Positions 52,782-64,000 of a stretch of 64,000 nt of DNA are shown here, one piece after another. Location: contig OZ251243.1 in assembly GCA_965240325.2 (NCBI GenBank), forward strand, positions 558,001 to 622,000. The letters are read 5' to 3'. The translations under genes and the position numbers were made by a program. Position 1 is the stretch's first letter, and every line of letters starts with the position of its first letter. The stretch comes from Rebecca billardiae RCC1528 (taxonomy: Eukaryota > Protista > Haptophyta). The notes under the pieces are model-generated. The model made no database searches and was not told the DNA's origin. It saw nothing but the letters and a program-made list of their open reading frames with translations.

Positions 52782-55405
52782 TTAGGCGTTTGGGGGCGGC
52801 GCAGCGCCAATGCGCCCCCGCCCCGCGCCCACGCGCCGCACTGGCGCCCTGCGCCGTGCGCGCGCCTCCGCCGGCGCATCGCCGACGTCTGGCCCCACCT
52901 GGCGCCGTACGATCTCGGCGCGCAGCGTGGAATCGCGCGGCAGCTGCACGACGCCGCCTCCCAGCGCCGTAAAGTCCGCAGTGTTGCCGCGCTGCGAGTA
53001 GTGGAACTCGATGCCTGCGTCCGCGCAGTGCTCGACCGACAGCAGCGGCGCCGTGACGCGCTGCGACGCCCACGCCTCGATCTCGAGCGTGAGGACCTTG
53101 TCGCTGTCGTCGTCCGCCGCAAGCTTGACCACCAGGGTCCCGCGGTGAGTGACCTGCTCCCGCGCACCGTTCCCCCACTCGATCTGGCATGCGCCGTGCA
53201 CCGGGGTAAGGTTCGTCAAATCCTCGGTCATGGCGATGTTCTTCCGTGCGCCAGTGTCAAACACCAACGCCCGCGTGTTGTCCTCCGGCTGCGCCACGCG
53301 TGCCTCGGCCGCCCGCGCCGCGACGATCTCGATGTCCTCGTCGCGCTGCGCCCTGCCGCCGATAGCCGCGCCAATAGGCGCCAAGCCGAGTCCGGCGCCG
53401 GTGCCGCCGCCGTCTCCGGCGTCTGCGCCACCGTCGCCACCAACGGCGCCGTCGGGCTCGTCACCCTGCTCGGGAGCGAACGCGACCTGCGTGCGGACCG
53501 TGCCGCCGCCGTTGCCATTACCGACCACGGCGCGGGTGCTCCCCCCGCTGCCGCCGCCGCCACCGCTGCCGCCGCTCCGCAGTGAGCCACGGCTGCGATC
53601 CGACCGCGTCGACGCCGCGTCATCGCCAGCGTTCGAGTCGCGATCAGCCTGCGTCACCTGCGGGCAGTAACGCTTGATGTGCCCCACGGCGCCGCACTTG
53701 TAGCAGCGCGGCCCGTGCGCGTCGTCGGAGTCGCCGTGGCCTCCGCGGCCGGTGCCGCGGCCAGCACCGCCGCCACCGCCGCCGCCGCGACCTCCGCCGC
53801 CGCCACCACGGCCAGCCGGCGACGTCGCGTCGCCGCCGCCGCCACCACCCGCCGCCGCCGCCGCCGCCTGCGCCAGGCGGAGCCCGTCGATTGGGTGCGC
53901 GCGGGTAGCGCCGCCGCCTCCTGGCGTGCGGCCACCCGCCCCTGGGCGCCCAGGGCCGCCGCGGTCAATCCGCTTGCCCTTGGAGAAGTCCCAGTCCTCG
54001 AACTTGCCGTTGAGCTCGTGCACGAGCTCCTGCACGTCGAAGTTCGTCACGGTCCTGTAGTCCTTCGACTCGTACCGCGTCCGCATCTCGATGCCCGCGC
54101 CCACCGACGGAATGAACTCGATGAGCCGCGCAAGCGTCTCCGCCGCTGGCGCTGCGTCACTCAGCTCCTGCAGCAGCACGTGGTTGTGCTGTAGCACCTG
54201 GAAGAGCTCGAGTGCGCCGACGCCGTCCTTGCCGCAGTCCGGCAGGACCGTCCGATGCCAGCGTGCCCGCACCGACATGTACTTCCGCATGTCGTCGGGC
54301 TTGCGCATGCGCAGGATCGCCTTCCACAGGTACAGGAACTCACGCCCCGGCGTAAGTGCGCCCAGGCGCGCGCGCTCCTCCTGCACCTCCGGCTGCGTCT
54401 CCATGAGGCGGTTGATGTGCTGCCACGCAGCCTCCGTCACCCACGACCGCAGCTCGGTGCGTAAGAAAGCCGTCCCTTTCTCGTACTGCGCCGCGGCGTA
54501 CTTGGCGGGGTCCGCCTCGTCGCCGTCCGGCGCTGCCTCCAACACGCCCTGTCGGAGCTTGATATCCAGCATAGCATGCTCGCTCGCCTGGCGCTCATGC
54601 ATCTGCTCCTCGGTCTCGCGCTCGCGGCGGTAGAGCTCGCGCGCGCGCGGATCGAGCGTCACGGCAGCGCCGCCCGTGGGCGCCGCGCCACCGATCCCGC
54701 CGACGCCGCCCGTAGGCGCCGCGCCGACGCCGGCACCGCCCGCAGGCGTCGCGCCGTCAGTCCCAGCCGGCGCACCTGCCGCGCCGCCTGTGCCCACACC
54801 CGGACCGGGTGTACCGGCCGCCGGACCCGGAGAAATTCCGGATCCGCCGCCCGCCGCCGGACCTGAACCCAGTCCGGTCGCCGTCGGGCCGCCCGGAGTG
54901 GTTAAGCCACTCCCCGCGCCCGCCGAGGCAGCTTGCGCGTAACTGGGCGCCTGCCTCGCCCCCGCCGCCGCCGCCGCGCGCTCCGCCGCGGCCCGGCGCT
55001 CGGCGTGCTCGCGGCGCTCGTGCTCGTGGCGATGCTCGAGCAGCCGCTGCTGCAGCACGTAGTTCTCACGCGCCAGATCCATCCGCTCTGCACTGACCTT
55101 GATCATTTTGGCAGCTGCAGGGTTGAATGTTGTCCACGTCGAGCTGTACTCCTCGAACGTGTTGATGCGGTGCTCCGCGTTCGGGCCGTGCGTCACGATG
55201 ATGCCGTTCAGTGCGGACATCGTAGCACCTTGCCCCGCCGGTAGCGCCGCCAGCCTGCTCGCCGATTGCGCGAGCCAGCGCTGCTGATTGCCTTTGTCGT
55301 TCAGCATCCCAACGTCGACCGAGCCGTAGTACCGGCCGCTCGTGCCCATCGGCGCGATCGATGAGAAAGCGCCGCGCGTACGATCCCTCCCGATCGCTGC
55401 ATGCA

Positions 55406-55406
<1 letters not shown>
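52782..55406 (-). CDS. gag: Copia gag-protease ORF (stop lies inside predicted intron 52765-52898)
   Basis: CYKCGAVGHIKRYC zinc knuckle; LVFDTGA protease motif; LLSV; ATG at 55406 or 55349. Confidence 0.92.
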
Positions 55407-56182
<776 letters not shown>

Positions 56183-56686
56183 TATATATATGTATATATA
56201 CTTCGAGCCGTAGTGTCCGTGACTCACACTTCGTCACAGGCTTCAGTGAGCGCTGGCAACTGCTCAGACTCTGACGTACTGCTGAGCCTGATACCGGGCT
56301 GACCGCCACGCCCAGTGCCCACAGGCACAGGGCAACTCCGTGGCCGCACGGATTGACAGCGCCGGGCCCGGCGCCTACGACGGAGCAGCTAGCATCAGTG
56401 ACTGATGATGTACTCGTCTCTCGTCGTGAATGTATTTGATGCGTGAGCAGACTGATCGGATGAGAGTGATATGCTGAGAGACTTGTAATGGCGGCGGCAT
56501 TATTATATTATTATGGCCGTCACATATCAGTCATCACTCATCAGTAGCGGCAGGGACCCGCGCGCGGCGTCATCATTGCAGCGTCAGAGCCCCCGGACGT
56601 CGTCCCGCGTACCTGCGGGCGCGAGGCCGCTTCCGACGGCTCCGGCCCGGGTCATCACCGCCGGGACCGTGCATCGCAGAATGTCG

Positions 56687-59440
56687 TCAGCGGGTCCGCC
56701 GCCTCTGGCTGTCGTGGGCTGACTTGGCTCCCGCCGGCGGCGGTCGATGCTGCTGCCCCGCCACGTGATGCTGTTGAACCAGGCCCACAGTAGCTGCTTC
56801 GCCGATGCGCAGGGTCGGACCGTCGTCGCGGCTGTCCGCAGCGCCAGCCGCCTTTGGTCCAGCCTGGGCCGTCGTCGTGTCGTCGGCCGCTCGCGCGCCG
56901 CCCACGCCCAGCCAGACATTGACCCACCCACCGCTGAGGAGCCACGCCACGTCGCCGCCGCACGCGTCGACGGTCGCCGTCACGAGGTAGCAGTATGGCC
57001 GGCACATGCTCGTGCCGCACTTCTCCTGGTGCGGCCTCAGCATGTTGCGGCAGCAGCGGTCGTCGACGCACAGCCCGCCCGCCGAGCAGCGCTCGTGTGT
57101 GCCGCCAGCTGAGCCCGCGCGCGCGCACGTCTCTGAGAGGTAGACCTCCCGGGCGGCGCCGCCGAGGTTGGCCTTCCAGCCGAACGTTTCGCAGTTGCCG
57201 AATGCGCGCGATGCCGATGCGTCGAGCAGGCCGACGAGCGACTCCACGCCGCCGTCGGGTCCACAGTCGAAGCCGTCGTCGCCCGCCGCCTCGTCGCGCG
57301 TGAGGCAAACGCCGCCGTCGCGGGAAAAGACGAGAGCGCTGGGCTCCGCGCCCTCGGCTGCGCCGGGCGGGGGAGGCGCGAGCGCGCGGCGCGCGGAGGC
57401 GTGCTCCACGCCGAGCTGGGCGAACTCCCACGCCCCGCCGGCCTCGAGCGGTCTCGCGACTCGCCAGTCGTCCGGTCGCCACGAGGCGGGCTGCATGCCG
57501 GCGTCGCCACCGCCGTCGGTGCCACTGCCACTGCCGAGCGCGCCGCCATAGTACGTGAGGAGGACGTGCGCGCCGCCGCCGAGGGCCGCCTCCTCTGCCG
57601 GGTCGAGCGGGAGCGCCGCGCGCTTGTACGCGGCATCGAGCGCGGGGATCCGCCCAGCCACGCCCGGGAGCGCTCGGCCGAGCTCCGCGCCCCACGGCGG
57701 CCACTCGGCCGGCCCGCGCCACGGCTCCTCCGCCCAGCCGCCCCCCTTTGTCAGCACGAGCGTCCACGCGAGTGCACGCTCGCCCTCGCCCTCGAACGCG
57801 CAGCGCACGCGCTCGCCGGCCGCGTCACCGCCGTTGAGCACGTACTCGCCCCCGCCTTCGTCGACGCTCGGCAGCCTTGCGCTCGATCGGTCCGCGGCGA
57901 GCAGCACGTCTGCGCACGAGGAGAGGAGGCGTGGCGGTGGCGGCGGCGGCGGCGGTGGCGGCGGCGGCGGCGGCGGCGAGCTCGGCGGTGGCGGCGGTGG
58001 CGGCGGCGCCGGTGGCACGGGCGGCGCCCGCGGTGGCACTGGCGGCGGCATCGGAGGTTCCGGCGGCGAAGGCGGTCGGCGCGGCGGCAAGTGTGGCGGT
58101 GGGCTTGGCGACGGCGGCGGCGGCGGACGCGATGAGCTCCCGGCGCCGGTGCCGGACGCCGCCGAGCCATCAGTCGGACGGCCAGGCCCCTCCTCACCGC
58201 CGCCGCCGAACGGGAGCGTGCTCTGCACCGAGTCCGGCTTGAAGGAGACGATGATGATGAGCGCGACCAGGAGGATGATCCCGCACAGCGAGCAGACCTG
58301 CCCACAGTCCACCGCAGCGAAGAAGCCTCCGCGCTTGCGCCGCCTGCGCCGCCGCCGGCCGGGCCTCACGTTGCCTCCCGTCGCTTGCGTGTGCGCAGCC
58401 AAGGCCTCGCGCGTGAGCGGCGGAGGCACGCACTGCGCGGACGCGACTGAGCACGTATCGTCGGCCGGCGCGCCCTCAGACGCCGGCGCGCTCTGCTCGC
58501 CCCCCGCTGCCGCGCACGCGCTACTGCGCTCGCCCTCGCGCGCGGGCTGGTGGCGCAGTGTCTGGGACAGCCAGCGCACGGCACTCGGCTGCTCATCCGT
58601 CGCGAGTGCGGAGCCAGCACCGGCGATCGCGGCGGCAGGCGCCGCCTCGAGCTCGCGCAGCATGCGATCGAGCTCATGCGCGGCCGTGGACGGAGGCGGC
58701 GACCGTAGCGGCTCGCCGGCGGCACCGCCCTCGCCGGGGTCCGCCGGGTCTCGGCGAGGCGGCGGCGGCCGCCGCGCACGCGCCGCAGCCGTCCCGGTGC
58801 CACCGCCGCCTGGGACGACCGGCGAGAAGAGGTTGCGCAGCGAGGTGGCGAGCGTCCACGAGAACATCGTGTGGCCGGTTGAGTCTAGCATGTCCGTCCC
58901 GCACGCCGCCGCCAGCTCCGCCTCCTGGAACTCGTGCTCGTCCCGCTTCCGGTCGAGAGCCACAGACATGCCGCACAGCACGAGCCAGGTCGCGAGCGTG
59001 AATGATGCGAAGACGGTGAGCACGACGATGTGCGTCTGCTTGTCGGCGCCCGCATCCTGCGCGAGGAGGAGGAGGAGCGCGGCGATCAGCAGCAGCACGC
59101 CCGACAGCGCGAAGTGGCCCAGCTTGAGCTTCTCATGGATGCGTCGCCGCTGCTCAATCTCGTCTTCGCGCGCGAGCGCCGCAGAGTCGGCGCTGGCGGG
59201 CGGCGGCGGGCGGGCGTCGACGGGGGATGTTATGGGCGGGACGGGGGTCACGGCATGCGCTGACGCGCCCCCGCCCGCGCCACTCGCGCCTCCGCGCGGC
59301 TTCGCCGTGCCGCGCTCGCCGCCAACGGCCGGCCGCCGGGCGCGTGATTCTCCCGCCACGATTGCGGCGGCCGGCCCGGCGGTCCGGGAGGTGCAGACCT
59401 GCATCGGCGCCAGGACTCCCAGCCGCACGGGCAGGGTCAT
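56687..59440 (-). CDS. Membrane protein: 3 TM segments, poly-Pro stalk, fibrinogen-C-like/Cys-rich ectodomain
   Basis: Three hydrophobic stretches; PPPSP runs; SCADVL..GEYVL..VRC.F....WTLV pattern typical of the start of fibrinogen-related domains; start codon uncertain. Confidence 0.7.
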   Translation of the reverse strand: MTLPVRLGVLAPMQVCTSRTAGPAAAIVAGESRARRPAVGGERGTAKPRGGASGAGGGASAHAVTPVPPITSPVDARPPPPASADSAALAREDEIEQRRRIHEKLKLGHFALSGVLLLIAALLLLLAQDAGADKQTHIVVLTVFASFTLATWLVLCGMSVALDRKRDEHEFQEAELAAACGTDMLDSTGHTMFSWTLATSLRNLFSPVVPGGGGTGTAAARARRPPPPRRDPADPGEGGAAGEPLRSPPPSTAAHELDRMLRELEAAPAAAIAGAGSALATDEQPSAVRWLSQTLRHQPAREGERSSACAAAGGEQSAPASEGAPADDTCSVASAQCVPPPLTREALAAHTQATGGNVRPGRRRRRRRKRGGFFAAVDCGQVCSLCGIILLVALIIIVSFKPDSVQSTLPFGGGGEEGPGRPTDGSAASGTGAGSSSRPPPPPSPSPPPHLPPRRPPSPPEPPMPPPVPPRAPPVPPAPPPPPPPPSSPPPPPPPPPPPPPPPRLLSSCADVLLAADRSSARLPSVDEGGGEYVLNGGDAAGERVRCAFEGEGERALAWTLVLTKGGGWAEEPWRGPAEWPPWGAELGRALPGVAGRIPALDAAYKRAALPLDPAEEAALGGGAHVLLTYYGGALGSGSGTDGGGDAGMQPASWRPDDWRVARPLEAGGAWEFAQLGVEHASARRALAPPPPGAAEGAEPSALVFSRDGGVCLTRDEAAGDDGFDCGPDGGVESLVGLLDASASRAFGNCETFGWKANLGGAAREVYLSETCARAGSAGGTHERCSAGGLCVDDRCCRNMLRPHQEKCGTSMCRPYCYLVTATVDACGGDVAWLLSGGWVNVWLGVGGARAADDTTTAQAGPKAAGAADSRDDGPTLRIGEAATVGLVQQHHVAGQQHRPPPAGAKSAHDSQRRRTR

Positions 59441-59919
59441 CAGTCCGTCGCTGCTGCGCAGTTGATGAGTCGTTGCCAATCGACAGTTTTCTATCGCCCA
59501 ACGACATTCTTAATCGGCACATATTGACCATCTTTCAGACTCGCGCGGGTCCCTTGCAGCATCGGCTCGCGATTGGTCGATGTGCAATTTCGTTCGATGA
59601 CAGCATATGGAGATAAGAGTACCACACTTCATCATTTCGGGGCATTCCAACCAATCGCGAGTGTGCGAAGCTCTCAGTTCATAATTCGCTTTCCTATACA
59701 CCGAGCACTTCACCGCGCGGACCAATGAGCGCGAGGATGTTGATGACAATCGGCTCGCGTTCGAAGGAATGGGTTAAACCAAGTAAGCGTGGAGAACGGC
59801 AGGAGCCTGTGTGGAACTCTGGGCCGCGCGCGAACAGCAAGTAGAAGCGCTGCTGACAAATCGACCATTCATCCATCAATCTATCGAACGCGACGTCCTC
59901 CTCCCCCCTCACGAACACC

Positions 59920-60324
59920 ATGCAACTGAACGCTCTCGACGACCTGGAGATAGACCATGCCTCGGAGGTGATCACGATGTTCGAGTCCGACTTCAGGGCA
60001 TATTTCGCGACGCTCCGTGCCGTCGTGCGCAACGGCGCTGACGCACGCAACTCGCTGCAGAGCGACGCAACTCACGCGATGCTGCACCGGCTCAAGGGCG
60101 ATTCTTCCACCCTGGGCATGATGGAGGTGGCGAAGCTCGTCGACCAGCTGCGCGCGGGTGGCGACGCAGACATTCTTCTCGACGCTTTGCGCCAGCACGT
60201 CTGCGACGGCCTGGATGCACTGCGCGAGCGCCTCAACTTCAGGAGGCAAACAGACACGATGCGTAGAACGCTCTTCAGCACAGCAACAAGCGATTGGGAT
60301 GAGCGCGTGTCCGTGAGGGCGTGA
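59920..60324 (+). CDS. Stand-alone histidine phosphotransfer (HPt) protein
   Basis: MLHRLKGDSSTLGM matches the HxLKGxS..LG signature; helical; EVITMFESD upstream. Confidence 0.82.
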   Translation: MQLNALDDLEIDHASEVITMFESDFRAYFATLRAVVRNGADARNSLQSDATHAMLHRLKGDSSTLGMMEVAKLVDQLRAGGDADILLDALRQHVCDGLDALRERLNFRRQTDTMRRTLFSTATSDWDERVSVRA

Positions 60325-60810
60325 GCCGAGCACCCGGCGCACGCTCAAGACCAGGCGTGCGCTTTCTCGCATGTGATCCCGCCGCCATGGGGTTCTCGAT
60401 GCCTGCTGGCCACCGCGGGCGGCGGCCGGCGACCGTAGCCGCGGACCGACGGCGGTCACCGCTGCTGCGGCGTGACTACCGTCGCCCGTCGCGCGCGACT
60501 GCCAGTCCGGCGCCGGCCATGAGTCCAAGTGGCGCGGGAGTCTGAATGTTTGTACATAGGCTGTGATTGGAGCGTGTCTGATTGCTGACTGAGGAGGAGT
60601 GTACTGACATTAGTTCGAAATTCTGTCGTCATTTTAAAAAAATAAATTAAATTAAAGAGTCACTGAAAATAAAACCGCACTACTGCTGCTCGGCCCGACG
60701 ACTCTCGACACGAGGCCGAGCGCTGCGGCGAGCGCTCTCACACGGCAGTCCGACCGTGAGAGCGCTCGTGGCCGAGTGCTGAATAACAGTCGCGAGGCTC
60801 AGGTTCCAAC

Positions 60811-61229
60811 ATTATAATTATAATTATAACTCACTCTACACTGGTCCGTCGGCTCTCGCGCAGGCAGACCGATGACCGGCGGCACCAGGACCCGGTGGCC
60901 GGTCCCGGAACTAATCTGACTCCGCGACGTGCCCCAGCCGCCTGGCACTTCACGGGCAGACGGGCGACGGCCAGACAAGTGAAGACTGAAGACAGTGACC
61001 AGCACACAGGGACCGTCCCGTCACGACGGTCACGGAGTCTCGGACGGCCTCCTCACTCTCAGCAACAGCGGTGCACACTGAGCCCGGGTCTGGGACGCGG
61101 TCCCGCGGGATTTAATCAATGGGTTGCGTCGCTGCTGCAAGTCTTCGTGTCGACGATCGGGCACTGCCGCCGACGAATCAGGAGACCCGCGTCGTCCTAC
61201 CTGTGTCGTTAAATCGTCATAGAATGAGT
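60811..61229 (+). mobile_element. Unclassified dispersed element, copy D (internally deleted)
   Basis: Left ATTATAATT..ATTATAA, GGC(G)AGAyCGATGA, TCCCGwCACGACGG and CGGAGT..GG.CG.CCTCCT patches are shared with 28475-28835; 3' motif shared with copies A-C. Confidence 0.7.
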
Positions 61230-62370
61230 GCAAGGCTTGCCCGCGAAACGGCCGGTTTGACTCGATCACCGCTCTTCCTCCACTTACAGCACCACTACCA
61301 GCTGGGTCCACGGTCGGCCGTCAGCCACTCACTGCTAGACACTATAGACACTGCTCCGAGTGCTTCATGATCCAAGGAGACCTTAAAGACCCCTTGCATG
61401 ATCATCAGCTCTGCACTATCATGCACTGATGCACTTGATGGCTACTAGGTGCGGCGCTAGGCCGGAGTGCCAGAATCCGTAGTATCTATTATTTATGATA
61501 CCGGTAGTGATAGTAGGCAGTGTCGTTCCTGAGTCAGGGACCGGGCCGCCAGTCATGTGTGCTGCACAACTCGTATGGACGGGCCCGGCCCAGGCGGCTC
61601 CGGGCCCGGGCGTGTCCGCGGGCCGACTGGGCCTGGCCGTCGAACCGTCGCTGCGCTCCCGGCCGGTCGAACTTCTGCCTCAGGCCTTACTGGCCCGGCC
61701 TCTCCCGTGGCTGGCAGGGGACGGCCGCCACCGCCGCCAGGTCTCGATCGCCGCCGGGATCCGCGCGATGCGTGTCAGGAGTCACGAGCCGACTTGGACG
61801 GCTGGCACGAGCCTCTCAGGACCTTTTGTGCACTCTCTGGTGCTCTCTGCGAAAACGCACGGCTGCTTCAAGCCCGTTACTGAACTCAAGGCCGCCAGTT
61901 TGGGGCACCATTACGTCATATTCTGGTCTGTCAGCGTCTCAGCTTGGCACGTCCATTTACGCCCGCCGAGCTGCCATCTACACCCTGTGTCCGGACTGGC
62001 GTGTGGGGACTCCGTGCGAGGCATGTGGCGGCGGCCACGACGTCGACTTGAGCAGCATGCTTGCGCACGGCCAAGCGATGAGAAAACTACCGTTCCACTG
62101 CCCGGCGTAGCCGACGCGGGCGGGACTCTTCACATGGCTCAAGGGCTACGTACACTACAAGTAGCCGGTTGGGCTGGCCGCGCCCGCCGGCCGTCATTCG
62201 TTCTTTGGGCTTTGGCCCCCAAGACAGTGGCCCAAGCGGGCCAAGCACGCACTTTTGTAACCGTCGTGCAGTGCTCGCCGTACATACGGAGTCTGTTACA
62301 CGGACCCAGCGGCCGGAAGCTGGGCTCGTTCGTGAGCTTTGCACCCGACTCGCGCCCCCCTGGTCGGGGC

Positions 62371-62529
62371 ATGCAAGCGAGCGACGTCCTCATCATCGTG
62401 GCCAACCGCTGCGTGTGGGTGCTGTGCGACCAGCTGATCGGCGAGAGCATCTTTGCCAACGCGACTGCGCTCCTCATCCTCATCCCCGCCATCTGGCTCG
62501 TCTTTGGGGCCGACCGCAGCATCGCCTAA
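62371..62529 (+). CDS. Short hydrophobic ORF or last exon of a small membrane protein
   Basis: MQASDVLIIVANRCVWVLCDQLIGESIFANATALLILIPAIWLVFGADRSIA*; strong coding codon bias; upstream exons not resolved. Confidence 0.45.
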   Translation: MQASDVLIIVANRCVWVLCDQLIGESIFANATALLILIPAIWLVFGADRSIA

Positions 62530-62550
62530 CGCCGAGGACGCGTCAGCACG

Positions 62551-64000
62551 ATGGCTGCAGATGTGCACTCTGGAGAGCAGCAGGCAGAGGAGGGCGGCGG
62601 CGGCGCGCGCGGCGGCGCGCGCCACGCGGGCGAAGGCGGCTCGGCGGCCTCGCCCGCCTTCCCGCTCGGCCTACTGCCCGACATCATCGCCGCGCGCACC
62701 GTCGACGTGTCGTTTGACGTCGTGCCGGGTGGCGTGCGCTGGGGCACCGCGGCCTCGCCGGCGCGCGCGCTCTCGCCGGGCCACTTCGGCGCGCTCGAGA
62801 CGCCGCGCGAACCGTACGCGTCGATCGACCTCGGCCTCACCTCCGGCCGCCCCGAGTCGCGCCAGGCCGCCGCCGCCGGCGGCCGCCGCCTCGACGACTG
62901 GAAAGTGCCTTCGACGCCGGCCGCGGCGGCGGCGCTTGCCCGACACGGCATGCTGCCGCCGCGGCACGCGCAGACGGCGTGCGCCGAGGCGCGACCGCCG
63001 GCGACGGCGGGGGCGGCAGTGCGCTCGCCCGCGCCGCGCGCCGCGCTCGCCGCGCCGCCGCGCACCGCCGGCGCGAGCTCGCCGCTGCCGGCCGCGGCCG
63101 CGCGCGGCCGCGCGCCGCCCCCCGCCACGGCACACAGCGGCGATCGGCATCGGTCGCCGCCGCGCGTCGCCACCGCCGACGGCGTGGTCGCGCTGCCGAC
63201 GTGCGCGCGCTCGATCTCGGCGCTGACGTACCGCGCGAACACTGCGCTCGAGCCCGCGATCGCCGCGATCCAGACCGACCCGCGCGTCTCCGCCGCCGAC
63301 GAGATTGCAATCTCGTCGGCGGCCGCGTCTGCGTCCTTTCAGCGCCGACGGACGACGCTGCCGGCGGCGGGCGGCGCGCTCGGCGCGAGCTCGAGCGCGC
63401 TGGCGGTCAGCGCGGCGGCGGCGCGGAGCGCACGGCTGAGGATAGAGGCGGACTACGGCCAGCTCGCGGCGGCGGTGCAGCAGCACGCCTCGAGCGCCGA
63501 GACGGGCAGCGCCGCCGCCGCCGCGCTCGTCGACGCTCTGACTGCCCTGAGCGGTGGCTCGTGTGGCGGCGGCGGCTGCGGCGGCTGCGGCGGCGGCGGC
63601 GGCGGCGGCGGCGCGGAGGCGGCAGGCGGCGGCGCGGCGGGCGGCGCGCGCGGGCTGGTGCGCGCGCAGACCGCCGCGTCGAGCGCCGTGCTCGGCGGCG
63701 GCGGCGGCGCACGCTCCACCTCGCCGGGCCGACGGCGCGGCGGCGCGGCCGCGGCCGCGGGCTCGGCGGCGGCCGCGGCGGCCGCGGCTGGCGGCGGCTC
63801 CTGCACCGTCCGCCTGCCCACCGCAGCATCGGCGGCGGGTGCGCGCAGCGCGCGCGTCTCCGCCGAGGCCGACGCCTCCGCCGACGCCCTGCCGCGCCTC
63901 CCGCCGCGCCAGGCCGTGCACGCCGACGTCGTGAGCACAATCCTCCGCTGTCGATCCTCCGCCGATTATCGCGCCGAGTTTGACGCGAGAGCGTTGGAGC
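62551..64000 (+). CDS. Ala/Gly-rich hypothetical protein, runs off the right edge
   Basis: ATG 62551 (MAADVHSGEQ..) with an open frame to the window end; absent from the ORF track because it has no stop. Confidence 0.7.
   Translation, partial: MAADVHSGEQQAEEGGGGARGGARHAGEGGSAASPAFPLGLLPDIIAARTVDVSFDVVPGGVRWGTAASPARALSPGHFGALETPREPYASIDLGLTSGRPESRQAAAAGGRRLDDWKVPSTPAAAAALARHGMLPPRHAQTACAEARPPATAGAAVRSPAPRAALAAPPRTAGASSPLPAAAARGRAPPPATAHSGDRHRSPPRVATADGVVALPTCARSISALTYRANTALEPAIAAIQTDPRVSAADEIAISSAAASASFQRRRTTLPAAGGALGASSSALAVSAAAARSARLRIEADYGQLAAAVQQHASSAETGSAAAAALVDALTALSGGSCGGGGCGGCGGGGGGGGAEAAGGGAAGGARGLVRAQTAASSAVLGGGGGARSTSPGRRRGGAAAAAGSAAAAAAAAGGGSCTVRLPTAASAAGARSARVSAEADASADALPRLPPRQAVHADVVSTILRCRSSADYRAEFDARALE

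Overview
Very GC-rich, intron-bearing eukaryotic nuclear DNA. The GTGCGC-type donors, (GC)n-rich introns and a bipartite plastid-targeting leader suggest a haptophyte-like alga, possibly Pavlovales (inference only). Host genes: RING-CH ligase, GT-like/SDR fusion, ShK-prolyl 4-hydroxylase, EI24, YAK1-like kinase, SLC52-like transporter, a membrane-anchored pseudo-Hsp70, a WD40 protein, an intron-containing histone H4 (V65C), a CCCH-DEDDh exonuclease, HIRA, plastid YebC, a fibrinogen-like membrane protein and an HPt protein. The most striking block is 42.4-56.2 kb, where one (TAGA)n microsatellite was hit by two unrelated, apparently intact elements. The first is a 6.3-kb CxxH-type DDE DNA transposon whose ~1760-aa transposase carries Dpy-30/RIIa-like motifs, a chromodomain and two Tudor-like modules. 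The second is a recent Ty1/copia element with TG..TA LTRs, no canonical PBS, an integrase lacking HHCC, and a predicted GT-AG intron that must be spliced to make Pol. The window also holds four copies of an unclassified dispersed element encoding an unknown protein family, a fold-back TIR element and Tc1/mariner-type MITEs. All gene models and alignments were made by eye; no searches were run.
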